From assembly GCF_009914755.1 (NCBI RefSeq), contig NC_060943.1: 64,000 bases of DNA. The stretch is one strand, 5' to 3'. The notes beneath the pieces were generated by a model that was not told the origin of the DNA, did no database searches, and worked only from the letters and a program-made list of their open reading frames with translations. Made by a program: the position numbers and the translations under genes. Shown in pieces: positions 61,210 through 64,000 of this stretch. Numbering within the stretch: position 1 is the stretch's first letter; the number at the start of each line of letters is the position of its first letter. This DNA is from the human T2T-CHM13v2.0 reference genome, Homo sapiens.

Positions 61210-62050
61210 TGGATGCAGCGCTGACGAGGGTCGCCAGGTGCCCAGGGCGCCTGCCAAGCGGCCCACTGGCCAGCGCGTTTCTGCGCCGGGCCGGGTCCCC
61301 GAGCTCTGCAGTTCTCCGCCCTGCCTGGAAAGGAAGCGGCCCCGCCAGGTAGTGGGATCGGCCGCCGCGTCCCGTCCTCACCCTTGGCCCCGAGGGGGTG
61401 ACATCCTCGATGTGCCCTCGGCCCAGAAAACGCGCCGCTTCCCATGGAGGGCGTCGGCGACAGGAAGGACCTCCCCTGCTCCTTAACAAACGTTAGGGTC
61501 GCAGTTTCCTAAGAGACGCGACTGGGATTGGGGGAGGGGGTCCAGGCAGAGACTAGTGCTGGGGGCAGAGGAAGCGACACTAGGCTGCAGGCTGGTGTGG
61601 AAGGAAAAAAGGAAGCCCTGGAAATAGCCACAGATTTTTCCAGCGGGAGTAGGCCCCCCCCGCATTTTTCCTGGACTCAACGATGGCACCCGGCACCGAG
61701 CCCCCCACTCGCGCGAAGAAGGTGCACTCCACACTGACGGATCCCTGTAAAACACACGCCCCGCCATCGGAAGGACCAGGAAAGATAGGCGCCCCCATGG
61801 CAAGGCCCTGGCCCCCTTCTTTCCTGGGCGCCTTAGGTGGTAGTCGGCCACACCAAAACCGCCAGCCAGGAAAGGGCCAGGGCTCAGGGCTTCCTGCTGC
61901 CCCTTGACTCCAGTGTCCTCTGCCCAGGAATTTCAAATCCGCAGAGCAGGGCGCGGCAGGCGCTTCCACCAAACACCCCGGCTAGAGCACCCCAGGAGGC
62001 CGCCTCCTGGCCAGCATCCCTGATGCTTTGCGGCTGCTGGGGAAAGCAGG
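61210..62050. promoter_or_regulatory. CpG island, probable promoter/first exon of an unidentified transcript
   Basis: High GC and dense unrepeated CpGs; candidate minus-strand donor AAGG|gtgagg at 61382/61381. Confidence 0.65.
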
Positions 62051-62244
62051 AACCCTAGTTTCCAGGCTTCCCCGCCAGAGAGGGACTGGAAAGGCCATAG
62101 AAGGAAAGTTCCTCATTCCATAGGGGAAGGATGCCAGGAGAGAGAGGGCAGAAGGTGGGGAGCAGCGTCGGGAAGATGTTTCTGGCTTAGGAGGCTTATA
62201 CCATCCAAGTCCCGGCGGTGCTATAATAAATAAATTCACCCCAG

Positions 62245-62498
62245 TATTCCGGGAGGCCAAGGCAGGAGAAGCACTCGTGTCCAGAAGTTTCAGACCAGCC
62301 TGGGCAACGTGGTGAGACCTCCGTCACTAAAAAAGACATTTAGTCAGGTGTGGGCCACGGCTGCAATTCCAGCTACTCGGGAGGCTGAGGTGAGAGGATC
62401 TCTTGACACTATAGTGAGTCATAAGCTTGTGCCACTGCACTCCAGCCTGGGTGATGGAGCAAGACCCTTTCTCATAGAATAAATAAATATATAAATAA
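62245..62498 (+). mobile_element. Diverged Alu (AluJ-like)
   Basis: Alu consensus fragments with A-rich tail. Confidence 0.8.
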
Positions 62499-62633
62499 AC
62501 TCGGCCGCCTGGGTTGGGCCGTATTCCTACCCTCCAAAACCTAATATAGATGCATGTCAGGTCTTTCTAGCACAGCGCTGCAGAGACTGCCACTACGCGT
62601 GCTGGGTGCTGCTTGACATGGCCAGTGGCTCAG

Positions 62634-64000
62634 TAAGAGGAGGAGTAGGAGTGAAGGAGTGGAGAAAGAGGAGGAGGAAAAGAGAAGGAAGAGAGGAAAA
62701 AGTAGAGAGAAAAAGGGAGGAGGAAACAAGAAGAAGAGGAGAGGAGGAGAAAATGAGAAGACAGTAAGAATAGAGGAAGAGGAGAAAATAAACAGGAGAG
62801 GAGGACAAGGAGACTAGTAGCAATGAGGATAAAATGAAAGTTGGGAGGAGGAGAGAAGGAGGAGGAGGAGAAGAGGAGGAGGAAAAGAAAAGAAGGATGA
62901 GGAGAGGAGGAGGGAAAAAAGGGGAGAGGAGGAGAAAAAGGGAGGAGGGAGAGAGAAGGAGAAGCAGGAGAGACAAAGGAGGACAGGAGGAGGAGAGGAG
63001 GATGAGGAGAAGGAGGATCAGAGGGAAATGAGAAGGAAGAGAGGAGACAGAGGAGAAGGAGCAGGAGGAGAAGAGGAGGAGGGGGAAAAAGGAGGAGGAG
63101 ACAGGAGGAGAGGAGAAGGAGGAGGAGAGAAGGAGGAGGAGAGGAGAAAAAGGAGGAGGAAAAGGAGAGAAGGAGCAGAGGAGGAGGAGAAAAAGAAAAG
63201 GAAAAGGAGGAGGAGGAAGAAAAGAGAAGGAGGAAGAGAAGAAGAAAAAGGAGGAGAGGAGGAGAGGAGAAGAAGGAGGAGGAGACGAAAAGAAGAATGA
63301 GGAGAGCAGAAGAGAAAAAGGAGTAGAGGAGGAAGAGGAGAGGAGGAGAATGAGGAGGAGAAGGAGAGGAAAAGAATAAGGAGGAACAGAGAAGGAGGAG
63401 GAGGAGCAGGAAGAGATGAGGAGGAGAGGAGGACGAGGAGAGGAGAAGGAAGAGACAAGGAGGAAGAGAAGGAGAAAGAGGAGAGGGGGAAAGAAGGAGA
63501 GGAGGAGAAAAAAGAAGAGAAGGAGACGACGGGGAGGAGGAGAGGAGAAGGAGGAGGAGAAAGAATAGGAGAGGAAGAGGAGGAGGCAAGGAGAAGGAGG
63601 AAGAGAAAAATAGGAGGAGAAGAGGAAGAGGAAAGGAGGAGAAGAGGAAGAGGAAAGGAGGAGAAGGAGAGGAGGAGGAGAGAAGGAGGAGGGGAAGAAG
63701 GGAAATAGGAGAAGGAGGAGGAGAGATTAGGAGAAAAAAGGAGGAGAGGAGGAGAGAAAGAGGAGAAGAAGAAGCAGAGAAGGAGAAGGAGAGGAAAAGA
63801 AGGGGGAGAGGAGGAAAGGAAAAAGGAGGAGCAGGAGGAGGGGGGAGGAGGAGAGGAGAAAAATAAGATGAGGAGGAAATGAGAAGGAAAAGGAGGAGAG
63901 GAGAAGGAGAGGAGGAGGAGAAGAAAAAAGAAAAAAATGAGGAGGAGTAGGAGAGGAGAGGAAGGAAGAGAAAAAGGAGGAGAGGAGGAGCAGAGGAAAA
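62634..64000 (+). repeat. GA-rich polypurine low-complexity tract, (GGA/GAA)n-like, runs off the window
   Basis: Almost exclusively G and A on the + strand for >1.3 kb. Confidence 0.97.

Noticed and set aside
62541-63589. 319 aa Leu/Ser/Pro-rich and Glu/Arg-rich ORFs
   Set aside because: Stop-free frames of a GA low-complexity tract

Overview
Primate, almost certainly human, genomic DNA from a ZNF91-subfamily KRAB zinc-finger cluster (chr19p12 type). It holds one complete protein-coding gene on the + strand, recognised as ZNF726. Its four coding exons (4559-4561, 8937-9063, 9551-9646, 21907-23531) sum to 1851 nt, giving 616 aa with KRAB-A, KRAB-B and 14 intact C2H2 fingers. The CCAAT/ETS/YY1 promoter sits next to a deleted class I ERV. 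Beyond the stop codon the finger array decays and is interrupted by an antisense ~720 bp retrocopy with a 17 bp TSD. That retrocopy supplies a strong splice acceptor predicting an 88 aa KRAB-only isoform. Further downstream lie a doubly truncated SVA with a mini 3' transduction, a 4 kb L1PB-type element, an orphan intact KRAB-B exon and an L1-mobilised HERV-W processed pseudogene. Next is a near full-length HML/betaretrovirus-like provirus (39256-47832, minus strand) nested in a MER61-like LTR, with an LTR I cannot assign and a triplicated tRNA-Trp primer-binding site. From ~47.9 kb the sequence changes character: L2/MER repeats, a full-length SVA, exon-like blocks, a CpG island and a >1.3 kb polypurine tract, suggesting a duplicated piece of another locus. 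Repeat subfamily names are from recalled consensus sequences and boundaries are approximate unless a TSD is given.
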